A stretch of 64,000 nt of DNA, taken from the NCBI GenBank assembly GCA_964106915.2, contig OZ066915.1; one strand, written 5' to 3'. The translations under genes were made by a program, and so were the position numbers. Of the stretch, positions 38,501 through 49,100 are shown piece by piece. The notes under the pieces are model-generated. The model was not told the origin of the DNA, searched no databases, and saw only the letters and a list, made by a program, of their open reading frames with translations. This stretch comes from Podarcis gaigeae. Its lineage: Eukaryota. Position 1 is the first letter of the stretch, and each line of letters starts with the position of its first letter.

Positions 38501-40752
38501 AGCTTCACATATAATTCCTTTGTGTAGCCTGAAGTCTCCTTAATTGCATCTTATGTAACTGAAAAATATGCATACTTGTCAGAGATGAATTTCAGGAAAC
38601 TCTCTGTCAAGTTTGCAAATTCAAAGACATGTTGTAGTAAGAAATTAAGCTGCATGTTATTATTTATAATACCTGGGCAGTAAACACTGGGTTGGGCTGG
38701 TTATGAAATGCAGAACAGCAATAGTACTGTCAATGCCGTACTCAATTCTTTAAGGACTAACTCTTCCTCTCACAGGAAGTGAAGTGGGTAGGAAAAAAGC
38801 CAAATTTCAACATTAATGAAAAATTCTAACACTTCCAAGTCTCTATTTATGGCAGATTGCATCACCCACATTCAATATACTGCATGCAATGTTACTCGCT
38901 TTGTCAGCATATTTATTCCTTGAAAGAGAAAAGGCCACACACTCTCAAAATGTACAGCTCACAGCATTTGAGGCCACAGAATATGAAACCACAATAAGCA
39001 TTAGCAAAGTTCCACATTCTGTACTTACGTGTGGTTTGTGATTATATCAAGCAGAATCACACAATTCAAGCTCTTATGTGAGAGAACTCATCACCTATGC
39101 TCCACCTAAACAAGTTCTGTGAAGTGGGCATAAACTTTAAGAATAATTTCTGCAAATTCAAAGAAGCGATAGCTGTAAACTCTACACTTGTTTAAAATAC
39201 AGCAGCAGGAAGCAAAGGAGGAAGTCGCCGGATACTATGGAACATTGGAAGTTAAAAGAGCAAAGAAACATAACTGGGACTTCCTCCTCTTTTCTGGCCT
39301 TTATGATTTTGAATTTGGGGCAGAACCTTGGCAGCAAGTTTCTTCAATTAGGTTTGAACTGAGAGAAGATGAACTGACTGCGATAGACATCCCTCGAGAT
39401 CTGAAGACCAACAAAAAGGACTACCAACAGAATAGACAGAGAGAGACTGAAAGAGACTTAAAGGCCTCTGATGTGAGGAATCCCGGCTAGGAGTTTCATG
39501 GGAGGACAGTTATTTGGGAAGGGACAGATACCTGGGCAGGGAGGGAGGGGGAAAACAGAATCAAAAAAAATTTTTTTTAATGACTTTTGGGTTTTGTAAT
39601 TTTGATTTATATTTTAATATAAAAAAGGGGAAATTTATGCTATAAGAACCTTGATCGATCTTAGAAAAAGGATCCAACGTATATAAGAGAACGGGACAAT
39701 AAAATTGGGCCTAACAAAAAGAATTAAGTTTAAACATAACAAGAATAGGTTAAGGAGAGGAATAAGAACTTGCTGAATTAAATATGGAAATTGGGATGTA
39801 TGGGGTGGGGGTGGGGGGAAGTCAGGGAAAGAGGGTTATGAAAGTAAGGATATGAAAGCATTTATGTGTGTTTTTTGTCTGTGTCTTTATAAAATGTGAA
39901 AATCCAATAAAAAATTATAAAAAAAATAAAATAAAATACAGCAGCAGGAGCACAGAAATGAAAACACACTGGCTGGGTTTAGACATGACAGAACAATGAG
40001 TTGTGGTTTATGCACAAGCCTTGGGCTTGTGTGCCCATCCCCTCCCTGTTCCGCTCTAGTGTGAGGAGATAAGCTTTTGCTTCCACTTGCAGAAACACAA
40101 ATTATCTCTAAACCCTAAACTCTGGTTTATCACAACTATGGTTAGTTGAGACAAGCTAGGTTTGCAACCCATGGTTAGAAGATGCCTTGCTTCAAATACC
40201 TATAATCAGGATGAACCATAATTGTTTGGCTTCTGACTCAATGATAAACTGGCTAGTCTACATCAGAATCAAAACTTCCAAACTCACCCTCCAAGTCATC
40301 ATGGAGGAAAAGAGGTGAAAGAAGAAGTATGTGAGCCCAGAGGCAGGCTGGGCTCATTCTTTTAATAATAAGCCTTTATTATGCTGTACCGAAATGTGGC
40401 CATATAGTCACAGCAAGCCAGAGGTGAGGCACAAGGAAACTCTGCATGAGATGAGAAGCTGTTTAGATCAGCTGCTGCTGAAAGATGCCTTTGAGAGCTA
40501 CAGGCACACTGCAATGTTAACACAAGTGCAGAACACACATAACTGAAGAGGAACTTCAGCAATGGTCTTCGTAGCCCCTGCCTTTGAACTTTAAAGCAAC
40601 TTTACCCATGGTTATTTTTTTAATCATCTGTGTCGCAAGTATGCAAAACAAGGTTAACTTGTCCAGAATAGATTTACAACTGAGAAGATACCTGTTGGAA
40701 CCCCAGGTGCCATAATTGCAGTACCTGTCTCATGCTGCTGTTCTCCATTCAT
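8066..40752 (-). CDS. SFMBT1: SFMBT1 (Scm-like with four MBT domains 1), complete spliced CDS: 20 coding exons, 2604 nt, 867 aa
   Basis: Exons join in frame at GT-AG sites from [30 protein letters not shown] to ...[26 protein letters not shown]. Four MBT repeats (MKLEV/MKLEA...W...PxGWC), SLED region, acidic linker and SAM domain match the SFMBT1 sequence as I recall it, including N-terminal MNGEQQ and C-terminal QFAN. Exon lengths sum to 2604. Confidence 0.97.
8412..8540 (-). CDS. SFMBT1: SFMBT1 exon 20 (129 nt; [43 protein letters not shown])
   Basis: gggatag| acceptor, |gtattc donor; first half of SAM domain. Confidence 0.96.
8925..9141. mobile_element. Tc1/mariner (pogo/Tigger-like) non-autonomous MITE
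   Basis: TA|CAGTCATACCT...AGGTACGACTG|TA terminal inverted repeats with TA duplication. Confidence 0.85.
10022..10267 (-). CDS. SFMBT1: SFMBT1 exon 19 (246 nt; [12 protein letters not shown]...[14 protein letters not shown], acidic linker)
   Basis: atttcag| acceptor, |gtaggt donor. Confidence 0.96.
10406..10584 (-). CDS. SFMBT1: SFMBT1 exon 18 (179 nt; [17 protein letters not shown]...[18 protein letters not shown]; basic NLS-like and GRP AT-hook-like segment)
   Basis: ctcatag| acceptor, |gtatga donor. Confidence 0.96.
11443..11618 (-). CDS. SFMBT1: SFMBT1 exon 17 (176 nt; [39 protein letters not shown]...TKTKY)
   Basis: gcttcag| acceptor, |gtgagt donor. Confidence 0.96.
12078..12187 (-). 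CDS. SFMBT1: SFMBT1 exon 16 (110 nt; [37 protein letters not shown])
   Basis: ttttcag| acceptor, |gtaaat donor. Confidence 0.96.
13557..13741. mobile_element. hAT-type MITE
   Basis: TIR CGGGGTAGTCAACC / GGCTGACAACCCCTG, perfect 8-bp TSD AATTAGAC. Confidence 0.9.
14530..14669 (-). CDS. SFMBT1: SFMBT1 exon 15 (140 nt; [47 protein letters not shown])
   Basis: tttctag| acceptor, |gtaagg donor; start of SLED region. Confidence 0.96.
14726..14963. mobile_element. Tc1/mariner-type MITE
   Basis: TA|CAGTGGAACCTTGGTTC...GAACCAAGGTACCACTG; ~57 nt from the exon 15 acceptor. Confidence 0.88.
16352..16416 (-). CDS. SFMBT1: SFMBT1 exon 14 (65 nt; [21 protein letters not shown])
   Basis: (tc)n-cccttggtcag| acceptor, |gtaaga donor. 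Confidence 0.92.
16427..16470. repeat. (GA)n microsatellite
   Basis: ~22 perfect units. Confidence 0.97.
17461..17627. mobile_element. hAT-type MITE, inverted copy of the 13557 element
   Basis: TIR CAGGTGTTGTCAACC / GGCTGACTACCCCTG, perfect 8-bp TSD GTATAGAT. Confidence 0.9.
18175..18217 (-). CDS. SFMBT1: SFMBT1 exon 13 (43 nt; [15 protein letters not shown])
   Basis: cttacag| acceptor, |gtaagc donor. Confidence 0.92.
18831..18944 (-). CDS. SFMBT1: SFMBT1 exon 12 (114 nt; [38 protein letters not shown])
   Basis: ttaacag| acceptor, |gtatga donor. Confidence 0.95.
19320..19446 (-). CDS. SFMBT1: SFMBT1 exon 11 (127 nt; [42 protein letters not shown])
   Basis: tttttag| acceptor, |gtaagt donor; MBT4. 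Confidence 0.95.
20512..20594 (-). CDS. SFMBT1: SFMBT1 exon 10 (83 nt; [28 protein letters not shown])
   Basis: ttcatag| acceptor, |gtaagc donor. Confidence 0.95.
20620..20826 (-). mobile_element. Old MIR/CORE-like SINE next to the exon 10 acceptor
   Basis: ccattttatcctcacagccaccctcttaggtaagttaaactgagaga core-like segment. Confidence 0.55.
21092..21242 (-). CDS. SFMBT1: SFMBT1 exon 9 (151 nt; [17 protein letters not shown]...[20 protein letters not shown])
   Basis: tttgcag| acceptor, |gtgtgt donor. Confidence 0.95.
22683..22784 (-). CDS. SFMBT1: SFMBT1 exon 8 (102 nt; [34 protein letters not shown])
   Basis: tttttag| acceptor, |gtaccc donor; MBT3. Confidence 0.95.
23874..23964. mobile_element. 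91-bp hAT-type MITE
   Basis: Perfect 13-bp TIR CATAGCTGTCAAC / GTTGACAGCTATG, 8-bp TSD CCCCAACC. Confidence 0.88.
24176..24273 (-). CDS. SFMBT1: SFMBT1 exon 7 (98 nt; [33 protein letters not shown])
   Basis: attgaag| acceptor, |gtacaa donor; frame consistent. Confidence 0.93.
25206..25425. mobile_element. Tc1/mariner-type MITE flanked on both sides by (TG)n
   Basis: Right TIR CCGAGGAACCACTG; internal sequence similar to the other copies; (GT)n at 25187-25205 and 25424-25453. Confidence 0.8.
25516..25762 (-). CDS. SFMBT1: SFMBT1 exon 6 (247 nt; [19 protein letters not shown]...[14 protein letters not shown])
   Basis: tccacag| acceptor, |gtataa donor; MBT2. Confidence 0.96.
26688..26721. repeat. 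(AAT)n microsatellite
   Basis: Read directly from the sequence. Confidence 0.9.
26724..27068 (+). mobile_element. L2-type LINE 3' fragment with (TTA)n tail
   Basis: [14 protein letters not shown] end-of-ORF2 motif, gccgccctgagcc...gggcgggatataaataaa, (tta)n. Confidence 0.78.
27061..27227 (-). mobile_element. L2-type LINE 3' fragment, tail-to-tail with the previous one
   Basis: tttataccccgcccatctggttgggtttccccagcc... Confidence 0.75.
27697..27785 (-). CDS. SFMBT1: SFMBT1 exon 5 (89 nt; [30 protein letters not shown])
   Basis: cttttag| acceptor, |gtaagt donor. Confidence 0.95.
28271..28511 (-). CDS. SFMBT1: SFMBT1 exon 4 (241 nt; [17 protein letters not shown]...[16 protein letters not shown])
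   Basis: tttttag| acceptor, |gtaaca donor; MBT1 core. Confidence 0.96.
31394..31409 (+). promoter_or_regulatory. CTCF-like motif in SFMBT1 intron 3
   Basis: GCCACAAGAGGGCAAC resembles the CTCF core. Confidence 0.35.
32094..32308. mobile_element. Tc1/mariner-type MITE (inverted relative to the 14726 copy)
   Basis: TA|CAGTGGTACCTTGGTTG...CAACCAAGGTACCATTG|TA. Confidence 0.88.
32750..33092 (-). mobile_element. Full-length Sauria SINE
   Basis: tRNA-derived head GGGACGTGGGTGGCACTATGGGTTAAACC with B-box-like GTTCGAATTCC, ACCTTT-type tail, 15-bp TSD CCAAATACCTCCTTA. Confidence 0.9.
33601..33640. repeat. 20-bp tandem duplication GTGTCTAAYGTGGCTCCCAA x2
   Basis: Two adjacent copies differing at one base. 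Confidence 0.9.
35400..35523 (+). mobile_element. L2-type 3' tail with (TTA)n
   Basis: gccgcccagagtggctggggaaacccaaccagatgg...aaataataaa(tta)n. Confidence 0.75.
35655..35895. mobile_element. Tc1/mariner-type MITE
   Basis: TA|CAGTCAAACCT...AGGTTTGACTG|TA. Confidence 0.87.
36376..36470 (-). CDS. SFMBT1: SFMBT1 exon 3 (95 nt; [32 protein letters not shown])
   Basis: aatacag| acceptor, |gtaagt donor; start of MBT1. Confidence 0.95.
39211..39932 (+). mobile_element. L1-machinery retroposed insertion (5'-truncated, poly(A)-tailed)
   Basis: 17-bp TSD AAAATACAGCAGCAGGA (39194-39210 / 39933-39949), TT/AAAA target, AATAAA plus A-rich tail. Confidence 0.8.
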
Positions 40753-40877
40753 CTCCACAGCAATCTGGCAATAATCCTTGGGAGCAGGAAGTAGAGAAAG
40801 CCAAACAGTCACTGCCTTGATCTCATCTGCTCTCAGTGTCTTCGCTTCTACAGGCTTCCAGGATGATCAAACAAACA
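40725..40877 (-). CDS. SFMBT1: SFMBT1 exon 2: 5' UTR 40877-40753 plus first 28 coding nt (ATG at 40752; MNGEQQHET)
   Basis: Acceptor cctctgcag|, ATGAATGGAGAACAGCAGCATGAGACAG, donor |gtactg. Confidence 0.92.
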
Positions 40878-41837
40878 CTGCAGAGGAAAAAATTTAAACG
40901 TGTTTTTGTTTGTTTATAACTCTGGAACAACTAAACGTCTCCTCCGTACATTTGTGGAATAAGAACACATTTTAGGGGAAAAACAGAGGCCACATCTATT
41001 CCACTTCCAAAACGCCTCCAATTTTAAATACAATGTCGAATTATCTTTATAGACATGCTGTGATATATTGCCCATGCCTGAAAATGGCAAAAAGGCAGGG
41101 TTAAAACAAGTTGATTATTGCTGTGTACAGGAATCATTTCCCTTACATACATCTTCCTCTTGCCTACTGTACATAAATAACATCTCACATCTATTCTGAA
41201 TTTTCATGTGCCACTAGAGTTCTGACTAGATTGTATAAAGCAGTTTTATTATAGACAGAACTCAAGTGGTGGTACAAATAAAGTGCTTTTTACGTGAGCA
41301 ACATCCACTGCATCTTTAATATCTGTCAAATTTTTGTATGAAGAAATCTGAAAATAATTCTGCCTTTGGTATAGAGAAATGGCTTTAATTTGCTCAGTAA
41401 AACAGCATGTATATTTTCAGCAATATACAAGTAGTGTGGTTATTAGCAATAAAGAATACTTTGCCAATGATACTTTCCTGGCAATAAGGCCTTTCGCAAA
41501 ACTGTGTGCATTTCTCTTGGCAGAGATATGCCAGAACTGCTCAGTTAGCCCTTTTCAGAGAGAGGGTGTTAAGCCTTCTCTTTTTAGACAGGTCTTCTGA
41601 GTTGTAGAATCCTGCAAATTGTTTTTTTGTTGCTGAATTCTTCATGAAATTTCAAGCTGAGCTTGAAAAGCATATGGCAAACCCATAAAATTAATACATA
41701 TTTAAAGAGCCAAAATATCTTAACCCAATGAATTTATAGTTTCAACACCTGGAACAGAAACATTCAACTTGCTTTTATTCTGCTCTTTTAATTATGCATT
41801 CAACCCCCATCATAACAAAAATAGAAGATATAGAAAT

Positions 41838-43385
41838 CTGGAATGCTATGGCAGGTGTACAACATCATATTAATCTCTGCTACTCTCAAATTATCCTTCA
41901 AGATCCTATTAAGAGGGATTGCCTCCAAACGACTCTTAAGCACCACTTGCTTTTGGAGTTCCCTGGTAACATCAAGGAGCACTGGAACAAGCTAAAACAT
42001 CCATTACTGCAGCCTGTGAACAAACAATTAGATACCAAACCAAGAAACACCAGGACTGGTTTGATGAGAATTACAGTGAGATTGAACACCTTATTGACAA
42101 GAAAAGGAAGGCCTTTCAGATCTGGCAAAGAGATAGAAACTGTGCCACTAAGAAAAAAACAAACCATGCCTACACTAAGGCTGAGGCTTCAAAGAAGAAC
42201 CAGAGGACTAAAGAACTCCCAGTGGATAAAAAAGTTTGAGAGATCCAGCACTTAGCCAACACTCATGATGCACAGAGTTTCTTTAAAGCCACAAAGACCA
42301 TCCATGGGCCAATAAATCATAGCATATGTCCCCTATGCTCAACAGACGGTACCACACTTCAGAAAAATAAAGAAGCTATTGCACTACATTGGAAAGAACA
42401 TTACCAGCATCTCCTTAACTGCAACTCCCCCATAGCTTCCGAGGCCTTCTCACAAATCCCGCAAAAACAAATTAGAGATGAGCTTGCAGTATCTTCAAAT
42501 CTGGGAGAGTTGTGTAAAAGATATTAACCAAATGAAAAACAACAAAGCCAGTAGACCTGATGGGATACCTGCTGAAGTCTTCAAAGGGCGCGGAATTGAA
42601 CTTACACAACAACCATACAATCTCATTAAAAAAATCTGGGAGAGACAGGAGATCCCAGCAGACTTTAGGGATGCCAAGATTATCAATCTCTTTTTAAAAA
42701 CGTGATAGAACGGATTGCAGAAATTATTGAGGCATCTCTTTATTAGCTGCAGCCGGCAAAATTCTTGCAAGGATCTTAGCAAACCATCTCCTAACTATAT
42801 CTGAGGCTACCCTTCCTGAATCCCAAAATGATTTTTGAACTTCTAGGGGACAGTGGACATGATTTTCACTTCTCAACAGCTTCAGGAAAAATGCAGAGAG
42901 CAAAACTAACACCTGTATATGGCGTTTATTGACCTAAGGCCTTCAACACTGTAAATCGTACTGCTCTGTGGACTGTCCTTCTGAAAATTGGCTGCCCAGA
43001 TAAATTAGTGAACATCCTTCGGCTCCTCCACGATAATATGATAGCAACAATCGCGGATAACAATGGCTCTCAAAGTGAACCATTCACAGTAGAATCAGGT
43101 GTTAAACAGGGATGTGTTATCACCCCAACTCTATTTATTATTTTCGTCGCCATGACACATTGTCAAAGGAAATCATATATCAAACAGATGGAAAGCTCTT
43201 TAACTTGAGTAGGTTGAAAGCAAAGAGTAAGGGTACCACAACTTTCGTCACAGAGCTTCAATATGCTGATGACAACGTAGTGTGTGCACACTCAGAGGAT
43301 GAACTCCAAACCATCCTAAATATCTTCGCAGAAGCTTCTGGAAGGCTCAGCATCCAAAAGACTAAAACACTGCACCAACAAGCAT
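41838..43385 (+). mobile_element. Degraded RTE-clade LINE fragment (reverse transcriptase), antisense to SFMBT1
   Basis: Broken ORFs with KASRPDGIPAEVFK, GVKQGCVITPTLF and ELQYADDNVVCAHSEDELQ; multiple frameshifts and stops. Confidence 0.9.
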
Positions 43386-43538
43386 GTTATTTTAAAGCAG
43401 GGGATCTCCAGATGTGGCAGATAGGTGTGTGAGTCCTACAATCTATGGAGAGTCACAAGTCCCTTGCACCCAGGTTCTAAAATGCATTATATAAGGGATT
43501 TTATTTTATTTTATTTATTTGTTGAAACAGATTCTTTT

Positions 43539-43685
43539 GGGAGGTTGTGGACTCTCCTTCACTGAAGGTTTTTAAGCAGAGATTGGATGGCCATCTGTCA
43601 TGGATGCTCTAGCTGAGATTCCTGCATTGCAGGGGTTGGACTAGATGACCCTTGGGTCCCTTCCAACTCTAAATTCCTCTGATTT
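43539..43685 (+). mobile_element. CR1 LINE 3' end
   Basis: ...gttggactagatgacccttgggtcccttccaactct... CR1 terminus. Confidence 0.8.
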
Positions 43686-44002
43686 ATAATCCACTTTCAT
43701 AAAAGCTACTGCTTTCAGTTTTGGTTTCCATTAAGTAGTTTTTCTGCTGCTGGATTCTTTCTACTCCTCTTTGTATTGTTTGTTAATTTGGTTTTATATT
43801 GCTTTATTGCAATTCATTTTATGACTGTTGTTAGCTGCCTACAGATTCCAGAAGAGCAGAATACAAATTTGGATATGGTATTCAGAACCCTGAAGCAAGT
43901 AAGGCCTGGAAGCACTGGCTAAAGAAAAGGCATGGCACAAGAAGTGGTTTCTGTTTTCATATCAATAGAGCCAACATTAAAAATTCTTTATACAGTATAG
44001 AG

Positions 44003-44140
44003 CAGGCATAAGCAAACTCCGGTCCTCCAGATGTTTTGAGACTACAGTTTTCATCATCCCTGACCACTGGTCCTGTTAGCTAGGGATGATGGGAGTTGTA
44101 GTCCCAAAACAGCTGGAGGGCTGGAGTTTGCCTATGCTTG
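44003..44140. mobile_element. Palindromic hAT-type MITE
   Basis: CAGGCATAAGCAAACTCC...GGAGTTTGCCTATGCTTG, imperfect TSD gtatagag/atatagac. Confidence 0.85.
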
Positions 44141-46066
44141 ATATAGACTTCCCAAAATTTACTCCCTAATTGTGCCTAATTTGGTCTCAACTCAGCCGAA
44201 GATGGAAATATCTAGGGTGATATTCACCTTAGAGTTAAATAGTGCTATGGCTTCTGCTGCACAATGGAACTTTCCCTCCCTTCCCCATGTGCCCCCTATA
44301 TCTGTTCTGGGCTCCCCACAGCCTTCTGAGAGGCAGATTTGGGGATAGGGCAGGCCATGCAAGGGGGAGAAGGAGGGCGAAAGTCACATTGCACAAGCAG
44401 AAGTTGTTCCGCTCACACTTTTGAAAAAGTTGAATACTGCCTCTAGTCTAGCGTTTTCTTATTTTCTGATTCACAACTTTGGTACAGCAAAAGGGCAACT
44501 GAGTATGTGGCTAAATGCTAAATCTTATAAGCAAAGCAACATGCAGGACTGGATGTAGGACCTACTGTAGCAATGCAACATTCACAATGATGCTTTCATT
44601 GCCCTGAGCACAACAGCTTTGATTATCACTGAACATACACGGGTGCAGGTATTTTGCAGCCCTGCACACAACACCTAATACAGCAAAAGAAAAGGTATGG
44701 AAAGCATATCTATCCCCAGAAGCATCACTTACAACTAAAAATACAATGTCAGTGCTTAGAATTCGAAAGATGTTTCCAACCACACAAGGTACTCTTTCAT
44801 CTTTGCAACTATCTATATACCTGAAAAACCAGGTTGCTTTGATTTTTTTCCTCTTCTGCTTGAACTTAACTACCTAATTGTCAGCCCAACTGAATAAATG
44901 AATTCAAGTTTCCCGAGACAGTTCTGTGTTAGGCTGATCATAGAGCAAACATGGGATGTAATTACGGTGGCAATAATAAAAAGTAACCTCTCTCTTTTCA
45001 AGAGTGAACTTCAAGAAAGCAGAACGGATTTAAAAGTACTTAAAAGCAAGACTTGACCAAATGTGTTTTTAAGTTCTAAATTTTAACACCGACAATAATG
45101 TCACTTTGATATTTACATGCCACTGGAAGTATGAATGAAATTATAGGTTTTTCATAGCAAAGTGTTCTGCTGTGAGCCTCTGACTAGAGTGCATTGAAAA
45201 GTTAACCCCAATAAAACTGACTACACATGCTAGTCTAGGTAAAAAAGAAAAGAAAAATCTTTATTTGGAATGTATATTATTGTGCACATATTATTGTGCA
45301 CATTGTTGTGTAGCAACATAATCATTAATTACCATGAATGACAACAAGGCTAAAAAACTCAACCTAGAGGTATTACATGGAAACAGATCTATGTTCCAAA
45401 AGACATAGCCAAAGATTCTAGGAATGGGTTTTTTTTTCCACCAAGGCAAAAAGGAAAATTGATCTGTTTTCCTGTTACAATACATATCTTGTAGATTCAT
45501 CTCCTACGTACCCCAGCAGATAATATGATTATTTTATAGTGTTTGCACCTAAATGTAGGACATTAATACAGCAACAACAACTTCCCATTACACTGTTCTG
45601 CATACTCCAACCCATATAATTTTACACCAGGTGTCTCCATATACAAGTTGCTGGATGATCGCTTGATGGGAAAGTTAAAACACATTTTGAGTGTTCCACA
45701 GGGAGTCTCAACTAGAGTTTACATTAGCTTCATAATCTTTCGAAAGAAAGATAGAAAAATACGAGACTGGTTATATGGTATATTTGTGAACAAAACATTA
45801 ATAGAAGGGTTCTGGGTTTTCTACTATTAAAATTAAAATTGGCCATTTAAACAGTTGGGCCTCAACGAATCTGGAAAGATTCCTGCATTTTATAATGGCA
45901 ATAGTTTGTGTTGAGTCCTCTGTTCCCATACAGTTTGAAAGAGTTCTAATTTATCATTTGTATTTGAAATACATTTTTAAAATGAGATTTGTAAAGCCAT
46001 GTAAAATGCATTAATAAAAAGAACTTTTTTAAAAAGTGCTAGTCTAGAATTAGGTTATCATTTGAG

Positions 46067-46067
<1 letters not shown>

Positions 46068-46105
<38 letters not shown>
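46068..46105. repeat. (CT)n microsatellite
   Basis: ~19 units. Confidence 0.95.
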
Positions 46106-46108
<3 letters not shown>

Positions 46109-49100
46109 AGAAGTTGAGTCCTGAAAAGAACAGAGGAAGGAGAGCAATGAGACTGAGAGAGTAGCATGGGGGCAAGGGGGCTTTAACCCTTGGCTCATGC
46201 CAAGGTCCCAAGCCAAATCCCTGATTCAGATTAGGGGCACAGAAGGGGCATATAGTTAAAGCCCCTCCTCACCTATGATCCCAATGTGCCTCTCCCCACA
46301 CGAATGATTAAAAACACACACAATATACTAGCTGACAAGGCCAAATGACATGAAACCACATCATCATGTTTGGTCGTCAGAAATGTTACACAGAAGAAAT
46401 AGTGGGTGGTTGTTACGTTTCTTTGCCACAATAAGGAAGCAAACATAATCCTAAAAGCAGAGAGGTATCTCAAAAAGCACACAGAATACTTTATATTAGC
46501 TACTCTTACCTATTTCATAAAATCTATATCCCACTTGTCAAAAAAGCGCATGCTCACAAAAATCATAAAAATAAAAATTAGTAGAAACAAAGCATTCAAA
46601 CAATTAAAACCAGCAATAAACTAAAAACACACCTGCATTCTAGATACCTGCATAATACTGTCTAAACACAAAGAGAATATAGTGACGCCACCTGCCTGAT
46701 ATCACTGGGCAGGGAAACAAGTATTATGTGGCACCTGTAACAGTTCCAGTTCCGCAGATCAAAGCAGTTGATATATTGGGCATATATTAATTGGGTAAAC
46801 AGAGCTTACACATAAATTGGCCCCAAGTTGTAAAGGGCTTTGTATATTAATATTTATTTTTAAAAATATATTAGCAGGGGGTAGAGAGAAGTCCAGTTAA
46901 TCAGTAGGGATATAAGGGTGGAATCTGAAATGTGGACTCTTAAGAGGTGGAGACAAAAGGACAGCGGTAGGGATAATGTGGAAAGATACCAGGAGAAGCA
47001 TCTTTCTATCTCTGAAGTCCTCCAGATGTTTGCCAAAGTCAAAGGACTCTTCATACAATGCAAATCCAGTCTCTCCCCTTGCAAATGATTCAACAGATCA
47101 GGGCAAAGGCAAGTCAAAGGCTTAAGAGTAGTGCATTTACTTGGGATGCTGGAATTCCCCAGAAAGGAAGAGCTAGAATGTTCTGTGACAGTTGACAGAG
47201 GCCAGGAATGGGGGAGGGGCATCTGGCTAGGAGCCTGGCGGATGTGGCTAAAATTCAGCTTATTTTCAGTGCCCTAGTAATCAGGCCCTGGTACAAATAA
47301 ACCCAGCCTTGCCTGAACAAATCAAACCCCTTTGGTTGTAATTTAAGCCTTGATCAATTTAAGTTTTTAAAAACACAGTCAGTATAGTCTAAAACATGGG
47401 CACCTCATGTTTACTAACCAGCTCAGATGCCGTTTCAGTTGTCCACATTTCATAAGGTAGAGATGGGGAGAACCGTTTAGTTGGATCTGCTTTGGATCTG
47501 AATTGATTTTATATATGTGTGTTGCTGTTTTAAAAATTGTTATATATGTGCTTATCCAAATCATTTTTATATAGAGAAATGTTTTAGCTGCTTTTCTATG
47601 TGTGATTGGTCTGTGTATGTTTTTATTGTAAATTGCTTAGGGCTGGCTTATGGGAAGTAATTAAAAAATGAAATAAGTATTAAAAGGAAGAAGATTCTTG
47701 TGCAGAAGACACCCCTTAGCATTAAGCCCAGCAATTTGTGTTGACCATGACTACTAAATAGAGCTCAAAGTTCTTCCAGAGAAAAATCTTTAATTTCAGC
47801 AGCATAATTCAGGGTGGGGTAGGGGAGTTATTCTGCTGCTGCTATTGTTAAATAATCAAGTTCTATAGCTAGAAATCCTTGTTTATCTCCTGCATATCAC
47901 CCATACATCTACCAGTAGATCTGTATCCACCCCTCTCACCATCCCTGATTAAATTATGCTTACTTTAAGCAATTTGACATTGCTTTTTCTGTACAACTCT
48001 GAGGAATAAAATGCTTCAGTGTTGCTAACTTACTCAAAGATGTCCTGGTATGCTGTTGTGATTTTAATACTATGCCTAAGGTTTCTATGCAATTTTCAGC
48101 TCTTAGACTCACATGTCCTGATTTGCAGTTACTCTGAGCAGGAATGCAGCACAAAAATAGAATTCCTTACTTAGGAGTCTTTTTAATGCAATAAATATAA
48201 AATAAAAGGAGGCAAAGGAGGACAATCGAGATTAAAAACGGAGGCAGTATTTTATTTCTTAGTATGTATAGCTTTTATTTACACTGCAAGTTGGAGGAAG
48301 CTTATCCCATGGAAGAAAACCATTGTACTGTCCATGGACTGCAATGCATTCTTGGTTTACTGTTTGCAAGATTCAACTTCCCCATCCCTTGATTTAAATC
48401 CATTCTAAACATAAGAGCAATGGATAAATTGAAGCACTTTTTAAAAAAGACTTAAAATGAATGACTAGATTTTCAAGACTTTCAAATAATTTAAGCAGCT
48501 TCTTCTGAGTGCTTTACAGTCAAATATCTGAACATTCATTTAGCCAGCTAAATGCTGGCCTTAAATGCCAGGCTCCCTGTTTTTGAACACATGTTCCTCA
48601 ACAATGAAGGGGAAAAAATACTGAGTACATTTATGGTCCATTTCTGCAGTTTTAGTGTTTATTTCAAATTGATGTTCCTGAACAGGAAATGTTCTTCAAA
48701 TTATATCCTCATCTCATTCTGCTATTTATTCCTACAGCACTAAGGCACCACTCAGGTGTAACCCTGCTGCTATGAAAATGCTGCAACACTGCAAAAATAA
48801 TTTAGGGAAGGAAATCACCAAAGAACTTGTTAGGCAAGCAATTCCATTGCTCATAGCTAAAATGGAATCGGGAAGAACAAATGTTAGATAAAACCCTTGC
48901 AAAACAAGGTGCTCTTTGAAGGTTTTTAATGGGGCTGGCAACTCTGTAGTTGCTGCATTTACTACCAGACACATATTTTGTATAAAAGATAGGTTCCAGC
49001 AAACACAACAGTAAGCACTTTAGAAATCAAAATGGCAAAGATTGCAGTCAGTTTTATCACAGCAAATTATAAACAGATATACAAGTGGGAGGAGGTAGAG

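Noticed and set aside
41794-43432. Cluster of 66-153 aa ORFs on the plus strand
   Set aside because: Frameshifted pieces of one dead RTE LINE, not a host gene.
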